DNA of 64,000 nt from an uncultured Nitrospirales bacterium (GCA_964474205.1 CAYYRW010000006.1:143772-207771), one strand, 5' to 3'. Shown: positions 36,117-45,998, counted from the stretch's first letter. Notes: generated by a model from the sequence alone, not told the origin. A program made the numbers and translations.

Positions 36117-37394
36117 ATGAAACACCTGTTGAAATTCGTCAAACGCGCCCTCTGGGTACTGTTTTTCCTCGTGGTGGCGCTGGTGGCCTTTGGATATTGG
36201 TTTTCCCATCCTGGACGCGGCCCCAAACAATCCGTGAACCCCCAGGAAAAAGGCTATCTTGAACTCGTCGCGGGAACCTGGGTCCTGCACCTGAAAGGTT
36301 CCCCCTACGAGATGGGCTTTCAGCACGGAGCCCTCGCGCGCGATCAGGTGCGCCGCGCCATGGCACGTGTGGACAAACTCCTCCAGGAAGCCCAAGATGA
36401 AGTCGGCCTGCCCCGTTTTTTCTCGGAATTCCTGCTTGGAAGCGAATACCGCCTGTGCCTTCCCTACATCCCCGAACGGTATCAGCGGGAAATGGAAGGA
36501 CTGGCGGACGGCGCGGGCGTGGACCTCAATAAACTTCGCTGGATGCTCGTGGTGTCGGAGTTAACCGAACGCTATTGCAGCGCCTTCGCGGTATTCGGCA
36601 AGGCCACCGGCAATGGGAAACTCTATCACGGACGCAATTTTGATTGGATGATGGAAGCCGGACTGCAAGAAGACGCGGGACTGATCCTCTACGAACCGGA
36701 CGGCCATATCCCCTTCGCCTCCGCCGGATATTTCGGCACGGTCGGCGTCTTGTCCGGCATGAACATGGAAGGCATTTCCATCAGCCAAATCGGCGCGATC
36801 AATACGGATGGTTCCTTCCGGGGCGTGCCGCTGATGGTGATGCTCCGCCGCATTCTGGAAGAGGCCAAGGACCTCGACAAAGCCACGGATATCATCGCAA
36901 ATTCCAAGCGCACCGTCGGCTACAACTACGTCGTGGCGGACGGAAAGGCGATGGCGGCCCGCGCCTATGAAACCTGTGCGCATCATTGCGCCATCTTCAC
37001 CGATAACGACCCGAAGGAAACCGTTGAATACGCCCTCCCCATCGAAAACGCCGTCTTCCGCGCCGACGAAGCCATGGACCCAACCGTCCGCAGCACCCAG
37101 ACCTGTTCCAAAGGATATCCGAACATGCCCTACGGCTCGGAATCCTACGATCACCGCTACAAAGGCATCGCCACCGATATCAAAGCCAATTTCGGCAAGA
37201 TCGATGAAAAAGTGGCGCTGGAAATCCTTAAAAATGCCGCCATGCGCAACACCAACCTGCACAGCGTGCTCTGCAACTCCACTGACCGCGAAATGTGGGT
37301 GGCCCATGCCAAAGGTCAAGAAGACGCTTATAAACAGCCCTACATCCACTACGACCTTAAAAAACTATTCTTGCGTCCGGAGCAACGGAACTGA
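36117..37394 (+). CDS. Peptidase C45-family Ntn-hydrolase (acyl-CoA:6-APA acyltransferase-like), N-terminally membrane anchored
   Basis: TM anchor MKHLLKFVKRALWVLFFLVVALVAFGYWF. A CSAFAV nucleophile Cys motif (RYCSAFAVFG) is present with the C45 fold pattern. Confidence 0.75.
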   Translation: MKHLLKFVKRALWVLFFLVVALVAFGYWFSHPGRGPKQSVNPQEKGYLELVAGTWVLHLKGSPYEMGFQHGALARDQVRRAMARVDKLLQEAQDEVGLPRFFSEFLLGSEYRLCLPYIPERYQREMEGLADGAGVDLNKLRWMLVVSELTERYCSAFAVFGKATGNGKLYHGRNFDWMMEAGLQEDAGLILYEPDGHIPFASAGYFGTVGVLSGMNMEGISISQIGAINTDGSFRGVPLMVMLRRILEEAKDLDKATDIIANSKRTVGYNYVVADGKAMAARAYETCAHHCAIFTDNDPKETVEYALPIENAVFRADEAMDPTVRSTQTCSKGYPNMPYGSESYDHRYKGIATDIKANFGKIDEKVALEILKNAAMRNTNLHSVLCNSTDREMWVAHAKGQEDAYKQPYIHYDLKKLFLRPEQRN

Positions 37395-37652
37395 GACAGC
37401 CTCCCATTCCTTCACAGGCGAACATGTTCCAGGCGGAAGTGCCGCCGAGTGCGCCCTGTTTTGCCTGCCCCGGAATCTCCTCGGTTCCCGGCGCATTCGA
37501 TCACTGCAATTTTCATATTTTGCGCAGTATCGGCGCAAGAACCGAAAACCACTGAAATATATTGCATTCCCGGAAAACTTATGGAAAAATACGGTTGAAC
37601 CGTGTAAAGAGCAAAAAATTGGCAGAAATATCAAACCTTGGGAGTGGTTGCC

Positions 37653-40600
37653 ATGACAATCCAGAAGCAGGTGTTCATTATATTTTTTGCGGTTTCATTG
37701 ATGGCAGGCGGGTTGTCCTGGTCCGCCCCAGTGACCTTTAATGATCCTGCGCTGCTCGCGGCGGTTAAAACGCAATGGGAATCGGCGACGGGAGGGACGC
37801 TCAGCACCCCGCCCCAAGATACCGAACTGGCCAATCCCTTGTTCACCACGTTGACCGCCAATGGGCTGGGGATCACGGACCTGACCGGGTTACAAGCCTG
37901 TACCAGCTTGACGGAACTCAATCTGGGCTGGAACCAGATTACCAGCCTCGCTCCTATCAGTGGGCTCACAAGCCTGCTCCATCTGGACGTGGGGATGGGG
38001 GTCGATCTGATGGACAATGATATCGACCCCATGCAAACCGGCACCAATCTGATCACGGACCTATCGCCCTTGGCCGGACTGGTTAATCTGGAATACTTGA
38101 GCATAATAGGAAACACGGGGATCACGAGCATCGCCGCCATCAGCACCCTGGACAGCCTGTTCTCGCTCTGGCTGGGCTCCAATCCCATCACCAGCTTTAC
38201 CCCCCTGTCAGACGTGGCGGACACGCTGGCGCTGCTGGTGTTTATTGACAATGGCGTGAAGAATTCGGATATCCCCATCATTAACGGCTTGGTCAACCTG
38301 CAAGGACTTGGTCTTCTTGCGGAAGAAAACCTTACGGACATCAGCGGCTTAACCGGAATCAGCCCCAGTTTCATATTCGCCGTGCTAATGGCCCCCATCA
38401 CGGATATCAGCGTTGTTTCCAACTACACCAATCTGCAAATGCTGGAAGCGTCGCAGTGTCAATTAACCGTCCTTCCCGACCTGTCCGGGTTAACCGGTTT
38501 GCGGGAAGCCGGTTTTTTTGAAAATCAGATTACGGATATTTCCGGGTTGACGGGAAATACGAGTATTGAAGAATTGGACCTGGCGAAGAACCAAATTACG
38601 AGTATCAGTGCGCTGCAATCGTGCACAGGCCTGACCCAGATCAGATTGGACGGCAATCAGCTTACGGACATTCAGCCGTTGCTTGATAATGCGAATGCGG
38701 CCAATTTTGAATGGATTAGTTTGAAGGATAATCCGTTTGCAGAAGGGACGCCCTTTTGTGATGAAAACCAACTCGACCAGTTGAAAGCCCTGGCGCCTTA
38801 TGCGGGAATTGAATCCAATGCCGTTTGCGGACCCGCCTTCAATCTCACCCTATCTATAAACGGTACAGGCGAAACGTCTCCGGGACCCGGCGTAACCGCA
38901 GTCGCCCAAAATACCTGGACCTATGTGAATGCCTATCCCATTTCCGGCAGCGGCCAGGCCTTTAGCAGTTGGACCGGCGACCTCACAAGCACGCAAATGT
39001 ACACCCAGTTGTTCATGGACAGCGATAAATCCGTCACGGCAAACTTTGTGCCGGGGAATTGGACACTGACTATTAACGTAACGGGCGGGGGAGACAGCAA
39101 TACGTGGCCCAATGCGGGAACCTACTCCTACTTGAATGGGCAAACCGCCAATATAAGTTCCAACAATAACTCGTCCTCCTATTTTAACGGATGGTCTGGG
39201 GACGCCACCGGGTTTTTGCTCAGCACATCCGTCCTCATGGATGGCAACAAGACGGTGACTGCGGCCTTCGCCAGTTCGGGATATCAATTGACCCTTCATA
39301 CCCAAGGTAATGGAAATATCATGGGATTCTGGGGGAGCGGACCATTTAACTATGCGGCCGGCGCCAGTTTCGATTTACAGGCCATGGCGTACGATTCCAT
39401 ATATCGTTTTGACCACTGGACCGGGAATCTGCCCGCCGGCGCGGACCCCAATACCCCGGTGCTGCCCATCGTGATGGACCAGAACCGGGACATCACCGCC
39501 GTCTTTGTCCAGGATGCAAAAACACTCACGCTTATCATCGAAGGCGGCGGCGTCACTATCCCATCCGGTAGCGCCGCCCCCGGAACACAATATATGTATT
39601 CCACGGGACAAACCGCCTGCCTCAATGCCATGTCCTCCGCAGGCGTGGCCTTTGATCACTGGGAAGGGGATATAGGCAGTGCCAGCCCGAATAACCAAAA
39701 CATTTGTGTAACCATGGACCAGGACCGCACGCTCACCGCTGTTTTTGTGACCGCGAATTGGAATCTTACCCTTCAGGCAAACGGCAACGGCACAACCAAT
39801 CCCGTTCCCGGCGTGTATGGATATGTGAACGGAGCCTATGCGAATTTCAATTATCAACTTCTCTCCGGCGGCGGGGCCTTTTCAGGTTGGACGGGCGATA
39901 TTGATTCGGGACAGGCCCAAAATAACTGGGTCAATGTAATCATGGACCGCAACCGGACCGTCACGGCGAATTTTATCCCGGGAGACTGGTTCTTGACGCT
40001 CAATACCAGCGGTTCGTTCGGGGGCGGGACGAATCCCAACCCGGGAACGTATGCCTATTTGGACGGGCAAACCGCCACTATCAGCGCATGGTCCAATACG
40101 TCCACATATTTTAGTGGATGGACGGGCAGTATCACCGATGACACCCCGAATATCAGCGTTGTCATGGACGGCAATAAAACCGTCACCGCCAATTATGTCA
40201 GCAGCGGATATGCCTTGAACGTGAACACACAGGGTCAGGGCAACATCAATCTGAACGGATGGTATTACCTGGCCAGCGGAACACAGCCGGTGTTGAAAGC
40301 CAATGTGTGGGGCGGATGGGTGTTCAGCGAATGGACGGGAGACCTGCCCGTGGGCGCCGATGCCCACAACCCGGAATTGCCGGTCTTGATGGACCAGGAC
40401 CGCTCGATCATCGGCGTGTTCATTCAAGACTCCAAAACCTTGACCGTCATCATTGACGGTCCGGGAAGCACGAGTCCGGCGGGCAGCGCGGCCCCAGGTA
40501 CTTCCTATGAGTACAATTCCGGTCAAAACGTATGTGTTCAAGCCTTGGGAGTGGCTGAAGGCGCGTTTGAATATTGGTCCGGGGACATTGGCGGTTCCAA

Positions 40601-43256
40601 TCCCACCGGAAATACAGTCTGTGTCAACATGGATCAGGACCGCACCATCACCGCGCATTATACGGCGGCGAACTGGAGCCTGACGCTGGTGGCCTCGGGC
40701 AATGGCAGCACCAATCCAGCCCCAGGCACCTATGGCTATCTGAACGGGACTTGGGCATACTTCAGCGTGAATCTTCTTTCCGGCGGTGACGCCTTTTCTC
40801 ATTGGTCGGGAGACATAGGCGGCACTACTCCCGAGAGTTTCTGGGGTTCAATCACCATGGACCAGAACCGCACCATCACCGCCAACTTCACAGCCGGGGA
40901 GTATACCCTCACGCTCGACAAAACAGGGCCGTCCTCGGGCGGCGTATCGCCTCTCCCCGGAACCTATGCCTATCTCAATGGGCAAACCGCTCATTTGGGC
41001 GCCTCATCGAATTCCTCCGCGTATTTCGCCGGATGGTCGGGCGATGTAGACAGTGACACCCCCAGTCTCGATGTGGTTATGGAGAGCAACAAGGCCGTCA
41101 CCGCCAATTTCGCCGATTCCGGCTACCTGCTTAATGTGGGCACGGACGGCCAGGGGTGGGTCAGCCTTCCAAACACTTCGTATTTTGCCGTGGGCACGGA
41201 GCCGGTGATAAACGCCCATACTCAAAACGGCTGGGAATTCGACCATTGGTCGGGCGATTTGCCCAATGGCGCGGACCCGAATAACGCGGACCTCCCGGTG
41301 CTCATGGACCAAAACCGTACGATTACCGCCCACTTTATTCAAAACCAGCGGACCTTGACCATTATCGTTGTGGGCCAGGGCGCAACCTCTCCCGAAGGCG
41401 GGCCGGAACCGGGGATTCAACATGACTATGCGGAGGGTTCCCAAGCCTGGGTGAGCGCCGAAATGGGCGCGGCCGGCTGGGCGTTCAGCGGCTGGTCGGG
41501 CGATATCGGTTCCGCCAACCCCTCCAACCGGCATCTCTCCTTGATTATGGATCAGGACCGCACCATCATCGCCACGTATCAAGCCGCGGATTGGACGCTC
41601 ACCCTGGACTATACCGGCAATGGAAACACCTATCCCGCCCCAGGCAGCTATGGCTTTATGGATGGCGCGGAAGCCGAGGCGGTGGCCAATATTTACAATG
41701 GCGGTGATGCCTTCAACCACTGGGAAGGATTGCCTGAAGACATGGATTCCGACGAACCCGGCCATCACTTTGCCATCCACGATAATATGACCCTGACCGC
41801 GGTATTCACCCCCGGCGATTACACCCTCACCACTACCGTCGCGGGCGGTGGAACGGCTGAATATCTGTCCCATCCCGCAGGCAGCTACCAATATATGGCG
41901 GGACGGGATGCCCGTCTTGAAGTCCGTCCAGGATCCACGGTCTATTGGGGCGGGTATTCCGGCGATGTGAATACCTATGACTTCGCCTGCGCGCTGCCAA
42001 TGAACGCCAATAAAAACGTTACCATCAACCTGGGAACCTCCGGCTATGAACTGGTGGTGAATCAAATTGGCGGCGGCCTTACGAATCCCTCCGGTACATC
42101 GCGATTTGTGGCGGGCGCCACACCCGCCATTCACGCCATAGACCAGGGTTCAAGCCTCTTTGATCATTGGTCGGGTAACCTGCCGGCGGGAGTAAATCCC
42201 AATGACCGGGATGCGGTGATCCTCATGGACCAAAACCGGACGATCATCGCGAATTTCCTGGAAGCCGATTGGTATCTCTACCTCCAAGTCCAGGGCAATG
42301 GAACCATCGCCCCGGCCCCGGGGTTGTATTGGTATCTGCAGGGCAGCGCCTTTGAAGTGACCGCCACGCCCGGAGCGGACACCATGTTCCTGCGTTGGAC
42401 CGGTAATATCCCGGAGGGACAAGACCCCGCGTCGCTCACGATTTCCGGAACCATGACCCAAAACCGGGAAATCATCGCCGTGTTTGTGCCGCAAACGGTG
42501 GCCGTGCCGGATTTGTCCGGCATGAACCAGGAACAAGCCGAAGCGGTCTTGATGAGTGCGGGTTTGGTGTTGGGCATGGCGACCCAGAACTACAGTTCCA
42601 CCGTGCCCGCCGGCCAGATCATCAGTCAAAATCCCGCAGCGGGAATCTCGGTGGCGTACGGCAGTGCGGTGTCCGTCATAATCTCCCTGGGTTCGTGCTA
42701 CACGTCTATTCCGAATGTGGAGGGGCTTACCCAGGCCGCCGCACTAACCGCCCTCGCCGCCGCCAATCTTTCCGCCGGCGCGATCACCTTTGAAGTGAGT
42801 GAAACGGTTCCGGAAGGCCAGGTGATCAGCCAGAACCCCGTGTCGGGCCTGGTGGTCGAGTGCGGCACCGCGGTGGCGCTGGTGATTTCCGGCGCGGGAC
42901 CGGAGGGCGGCGAAGAAGGCGAGGAGGGCGAAGGCGGAACAGAAGGCGGAACAGAAGGCGAAACCGGCTGCCACACCGCGGACCAGGACTGCAACAATCT
43001 GGTGAACCTGTCGGAACTGCTGCGCGTGATCCAATTCTTCAATTCTGGCGGATATCACTGCGAAGCCGGCACCGAAGACGGCTATGCACCAGGCCCCGGC
43101 GGCCACAACTGTACACCGCATGCCAGCGATTACAATACCCAGGATTGGCTGATCAACCTTTCCGAACTGCTGCGCATCATCCAGTTCTTCAACTCCGGCG
43201 GATATCACTACTGCCCGGGCGAAAACACGGAGGACGGATTCTGCCCCGGTTTGTAA
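37653..43256 (+). CDS. 1,868-aa cell-surface protein: signal peptide, internalin-like LRR, ~13 InlB-B-repeat-type domains, 2 PASTA domains, acidic linker and twin dockerin-like C-terminal motifs
   Basis: ATG 37653 (MTIQKQVFIIFFAVSLMAGGLSWSAP); the track's TTG at 37638 is less likely. LRRs occupy ~37820-38780 (LTELNLGWNQITSLAPISGLTSL). Repeats of ~110-120 aa have the W(S/T)GD...NPxxVxMDQ(D/N)RT(I/V)TA(N/H)F signature from ~38830 to 42480. Two PASTA domains run ~42500-42890 (VPDLSGMNQEQAEAVLMSAGL..., IPNVEGLTQAAALTALAAANL...). A GPEGGEEGEEGEGGTEGGTEGE linker follows, then DCNNLVNLSELLRVIQFFNSGGYHC and WLINLSELLRIIQFFNSGGYHYC. Confidence 0.85.
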   Translation: MTIQKQVFIIFFAVSLMAGGLSWSAPVTFNDPALLAAVKTQWESATGGTLSTPPQDTELANPLFTTLTANGLGITDLTGLQACTSLTELNLGWNQITSLAPISGLTSLLHLDVGMGVDLMDNDIDPMQTGTNLITDLSPLAGLVNLEYLSIIGNTGITSIAAISTLDSLFSLWLGSNPITSFTPLSDVADTLALLVFIDNGVKNSDIPIINGLVNLQGLGLLAEENLTDISGLTGISPSFIFAVLMAPITDISVVSNYTNLQMLEASQCQLTVLPDLSGLTGLREAGFFENQITDISGLTGNTSIEELDLAKNQITSISALQSCTGLTQIRLDGNQLTDIQPLLDNANAANFEWISLKDNPFAEGTPFCDENQLDQLKALAPYAGIESNAVCGPAFNLTLSINGTGETSPGPGVTAVAQNTWTYVNAYPISGSGQAFSSWTGDLTSTQMYTQLFMDSDKSVTANFVPGNWTLTINVTGGGDSNTWPNAGTYSYLNGQTANISSNNNSSSYFNGWSGDATGFLLSTSVLMDGNKTVTAAFASSGYQLTLHTQGNGNIMGFWGSGPFNYAAGASFDLQAMAYDSIYRFDHWTGNLPAGADPNTPVLPIVMDQNRDITAVFVQDAKTLTLIIEGGGVTIPSGSAAPGTQYMYSTGQTACLNAMSSAGVAFDHWEGDIGSASPNNQNICVTMDQDRTLTAVFVTANWNLTLQANGNGTTNPVPGVYGYVNGAYANFNYQLLSGGGAFSGWTGDIDSGQAQNNWVNVIMDRNRTVTANFIPGDWFLTLNTSGSFGGGTNPNPGTYAYLDGQTATISAWSNTSTYFSGWTGSITDDTPNISVVMDGNKTVTANYVSSGYALNVNTQGQGNINLNGWYYLASGTQPVLKANVWGGWVFSEWTGDLPVGADAHNPELPVLMDQDRSIIGVFIQDSKTLTVIIDGPGSTSPAGSAAPGTSYEYNSGQNVCVQALGVAEGAFEYWSGDIGGSNPTGNTVCVNMDQDRTITAHYTAANWSLTLVASGNGSTNPAPGTYGYLNGTWAYFSVNLLSGGDAFSHWSGDIGGTTPESFWGSITMDQNRTITANFTAGEYTLTLDKTGPSSGGVSPLPGTYAYLNGQTAHLGASSNSSAYFAGWSGDVDSDTPSLDVVMESNKAVTANFADSGYLLNVGTDGQGWVSLPNTSYFAVGTEPVINAHTQNGWEFDHWSGDLPNGADPNNADLPVLMDQNRTITAHFIQNQRTLTIIVVGQGATSPEGGPEPGIQHDYAEGSQAWVSAEMGAAGWAFSGWSGDIGSANPSNRHLSLIMDQDRTIIATYQAADWTLTLDYTGNGNTYPAPGSYGFMDGAEAEAVANIYNGGDAFNHWEGLPEDMDSDEPGHHFAIHDNMTLTAVFTPGDYTLTTTVAGGGTAEYLSHPAGSYQYMAGRDARLEVRPGSTVYWGGYSGDVNTYDFACALPMNANKNVTINLGTSGYELVVNQIGGGLTNPSGTSRFVAGATPAIHAIDQGSSLFDHWSGNLPAGVNPNDRDAVILMDQNRTIIANFLEADWYLYLQVQGNGTIAPAPGLYWYLQGSAFEVTATPGADTMFLRWTGNIPEGQDPASLTISGTMTQNREIIAVFVPQTVAVPDLSGMNQEQAEAVLMSAGLVLGMATQNYSSTVPAGQIISQNPAAGISVAYGSAVSVIISLGSCYTSIPNVEGLTQAAALTALAAANLSAGAITFEVSETVPEGQVISQNPVSGLVVECGTAVALVISGAGPEGGEEGEEGEGGTEGGTEGETGCHTADQDCNNLVNLSELLRVIQFFNSGGYHCEAGTEDGYAPGPGGHNCTPHASDYNTQDWLINLSELLRIIQFFNSGGYHYCPGENTEDGFCPGL

Positions 43257-43351
43257 TTAGATGGGGCGGACGGTTATTTTTTATGGCGTCACGTAGAGAC
43301 ATCGGTTCTTAAAAAACGATCCTAATGGCGCCTACGTAACAATGAATATAA

Positions 43352-43500
43352 GACGAAGCGAAAAATGGGGACTGACGCAAGCGAGGCCGCCCAAGGGCCA
43401 ACCCCATGTCCTGCAACGAATCTCAAGGATGGGCGGGCGAGACGTGTCTGTCCCTGTTTTTTCGCGTACCTCAGTGCCGCGCGCTTATCTAAGTGCCATT
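43352..43500. repeat. Copy B of the ~150-nt hairpin-flanked intergenic repeat (see 16055..16210)
   Basis: gcgaaaaatggggactgacgcaagcgaggccgccc...gggcgggcgagacgtgtctgtccctgttttttcgcgtacctcagtgccgcgcgcttatctaagtgccatt aligns base-for-base with copy A. Confidence 0.55.
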
Positions 43501-43526
43501 TACGGCGCCCAGTAATGGAGCGTTGA

Positions 43527-44981
43527 ATGCTGTTTAATTCACTTCATTTCGCCGTCTTCTTCCCGGTGGTGGCGGCCGTTTATTTCGCCTTGCCCTGGCG
43601 CTGGCGGTGGGCGGGGCTGCTGGCCGCCAGCTATTACTTTTACATGGTGTGGGAGCCGGGGTACGTGCTGCTGCTCCTATGCTCCACGCTGACCGTGTAT
43701 GGCACGGCGCTCCTCATGGCGAACACGCCCGGCCAACAAGCCCGCCGGCGCTATTTGCTGCTGAGCCTGGTCATTAACCTTGGTCTGTTGTTTGTCTTCA
43801 AGTATTTCAATTTCTTCACGGACACGATGCGCCCCCTTCTGGCCCTGCTCGGGCTTCCGGAACTACTCCCGCACAGCCGCCTGCTGCTTCCCGTCGGGAT
43901 ATCGTTTTATACCTTTCAAGCCCTGGCCTACAGCATCGAGGTGTACCGGGGCCAGCATCCGCCGGAACGGCATCTGGGCCGTTTCGCGCTGTATGTGGCC
44001 TTCTTCCCCACCGTGCTTTCGGGCCCCATCGAGCGGCCGCAACGATTACTCCCGCAACTGACGGAACATTCTGCGTTCGACTATGTCCGGGTGACGGACG
44101 GCCTGAAACTCATGGTATGGGGCCTGTTTCAAAAGGTGGTGGTGGCGGACCATCTGGCCTCGTTGGTGGATACCGTGTATTCTGACCCCGCGCGCTTTAC
44201 CGGCCCCATGGTGCTGCTGGCCTCCATCCTGTTCGCCTTCCAGCTCTATTGCGATTTCGCGGGCTACAGCGATATCGCCATAGGCGCGGCCCAGGTGTTG
44301 GGAATCCGGGTGATGGACAATTTCCGGCGTCCGTATTTCGCGGCCTCCGTGGCCGAATTCTGGCGGCGCTGGCACATCTCGCTGTCCACATGGTTTCGCG
44401 ATTACCTCTACATTCCGCTGGGCGGGAACCGTGTGCCGCTGCCGCGCTGGAGCCTGAACATCCTGGCGGTGTTCTTGCTGTGCGGCCTTTGGCACGGCGC
44501 GAACTGGACCTTTGTTGTGTGGGGGGGGCTGCATGGAATGTATATCGTTCTTGGGCGGTGGACCGCACCGGGACGCGAACGCCTCACCCGCCATATTCCC
44601 GCATTTCTCCACCAAGGGCTGCGCATCGCCGGCACCTTCACCCTGGTCTGGTTCGCGTGGGTTTTTTTTCGCGCGGAGACCTTGGGCAAGGCATTCACCC
44701 TCTTTGAATGCATGGGCAGGGGCTGGGGCGGCGCACTGTCCGCGCTGGCGGCGGGCAATCCCGGCGGCGCACTGGATTTATGGGGCTGGGAATTGTTTTT
44801 ATCCATGGCGTTGATTGGATTGGTCCTGGCCATCCAAATGGTCCAGGCGCGCATCCCTATCCGTCAACGGCTGCACCTGGCGCCATGGTGGCTCCGTTGG
44901 AGCTTGTATAGCGCCGTGCTTTGGATGATTTTTCTGCTCGGGGCCCTGCGGCAAACCGAGTTTTACTACTTTCAATTCTAG
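43527..44981 (+). CDS. MBOAT-family membrane-bound O-acyltransferase (AlgI/DltB-like)
   Basis: Multi-TM protein with a conserved His block WRRWHISLSTWFRDYLYIPLGGNR. Confidence 0.9.
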   Translation: MLFNSLHFAVFFPVVAAVYFALPWRWRWAGLLAASYYFYMVWEPGYVLLLLCSTLTVYGTALLMANTPGQQARRRYLLLSLVINLGLLFVFKYFNFFTDTMRPLLALLGLPELLPHSRLLLPVGISFYTFQALAYSIEVYRGQHPPERHLGRFALYVAFFPTVLSGPIERPQRLLPQLTEHSAFDYVRVTDGLKLMVWGLFQKVVVADHLASLVDTVYSDPARFTGPMVLLASILFAFQLYCDFAGYSDIAIGAAQVLGIRVMDNFRRPYFAASVAEFWRRWHISLSTWFRDYLYIPLGGNRVPLPRWSLNILAVFLLCGLWHGANWTFVVWGGLHGMYIVLGRWTAPGRERLTRHIPAFLHQGLRIAGTFTLVWFAWVFFRAETLGKAFTLFECMGRGWGGALSALAAGNPGGALDLWGWELFLSMALIGLVLAIQMVQARIPIRQRLHLAPWWLRWSLYSAVLWMIFLLGALRQTEFYYFQF

Positions 44982-45002
44982 ACCAAGGAGAACGATCGCA
45001 TC

Positions 45003-45923
45003 ATGATGCGGCTGGCATGGAAAGCGGCCCTGCTCCTCGCCCTCAACGCGGGAATCGGGCTGGCCGTAGTGGCGATTCATGACGCGCGCCTCCACTACAC
45101 GCGCTGGGAAACGGATTCGCTGTTGCTGACCATGCCGGACCATGCCGCTTTTGACGCGGTATTCCTGGGCAGTTCGCACACGTATCTGTTTTCCCGGTTG
45201 AAACAGCATCATGAGATTACCGAACGGGAATTGGGGATGCACGTTTGGAATCTGGCCTTGCCCTCGGGCGGCGGACTCCGTCCGGCGCGTTTCTTCCTGG
45301 ACTATTTCTGGGAACAAGGCAATACGGCGAAACAGGTGGTGTATTTCCTGGAACCGTTTGTATTTTTCTCCTCCGGAGCGAATGACGCCCATAAATTCAT
45401 TTACACCGAACCCTTGCGGGCGTCTTTTCTCAAAAAACTCGTCCTGGAACGCTACCCCCTCAGAAGCATCTTGACCTATATCCGCTCGAAATTCACCCGG
45501 GCCTGGTTTTTCCAGGCGGCCGAGCCGATGGACGCCCAAACGTATACCTTCAGCCCGGATACCATCACCCCGGAACGGATTGCCTTCCGCATCCAAACGC
45601 TGTATGGCGACGGCCTGCGCAATGACTACTTCCACCGCTATGCCCGCGAATTTGTCCGGATTGCGGAACAGTGCCGCCAGCGGAACGTGCCGCTGACCGT
45701 GATATTCCCTCCGACCTTGCTCGGGCCGGAACCCGGCGCGCCCCGTCTGATGCCATGGCTGAACCAGCAACAGCGCGAATTCGGCTTTGCCGTTCATGAC
45801 TTCACCACGGCCATGCCCGATTACCGGTATTACTACAACCTGGACCATCTCAACACGGACGGCGTGACGGAATTCATGCGCCGTTTTGTCAGACCGGCCC
45901 TGTCGCCGAAAACCGGTCCATGA
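45003..45923 (+). CDS. AlgJ/DltD-like periplasmic partner of the MBOAT acyltransferase (SGNH-like fold)
   Basis: Signal anchor MMRLAWKAALLLALNAGIGLAVVA, then DAVFLGSSHTY (GxSxT-like). It lies 21 nt after the MBOAT gene. Confidence 0.55.
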   Translation: MMRLAWKAALLLALNAGIGLAVVAIHDARLHYTRWETDSLLLTMPDHAAFDAVFLGSSHTYLFSRLKQHHEITERELGMHVWNLALPSGGGLRPARFFLDYFWEQGNTAKQVVYFLEPFVFFSSGANDAHKFIYTEPLRASFLKKLVLERYPLRSILTYIRSKFTRAWFFQAAEPMDAQTYTFSPDTITPERIAFRIQTLYGDGLRNDYFHRYAREFVRIAEQCRQRNVPLTVIFPPTLLGPEPGAPRLMPWLNQQQREFGFAVHDFTTAMPDYRYYYNLDHLNTDGVTEFMRRFVRPALSPKTGP

Positions 45924-45998
45924 CCGGTGCCGGGGACGGGCTAAAGTGGTATCGGGGCGGGTGAATTCTCTATACTTGCCTTTCCATGCGGATGTAAG

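Noticed and set aside
36561-37349. 262-aa minus-strand ORF
   Set aside because: Antisense to the C45 peptidase.
38850-42629. Several 150-380-aa minus-strand ORFs (e.g. 41004..42134, 39882..40802)
   Set aside because: All are antisense to the B-repeat region of the giant surface protein. Their repetitiveness mirrors the coding repeats.
44046-45848. Minus-strand ORFs 44046..44615, 44408..44854, 44799..45848
   Set aside because: Antisense to the MBOAT and AlgJ-like genes.
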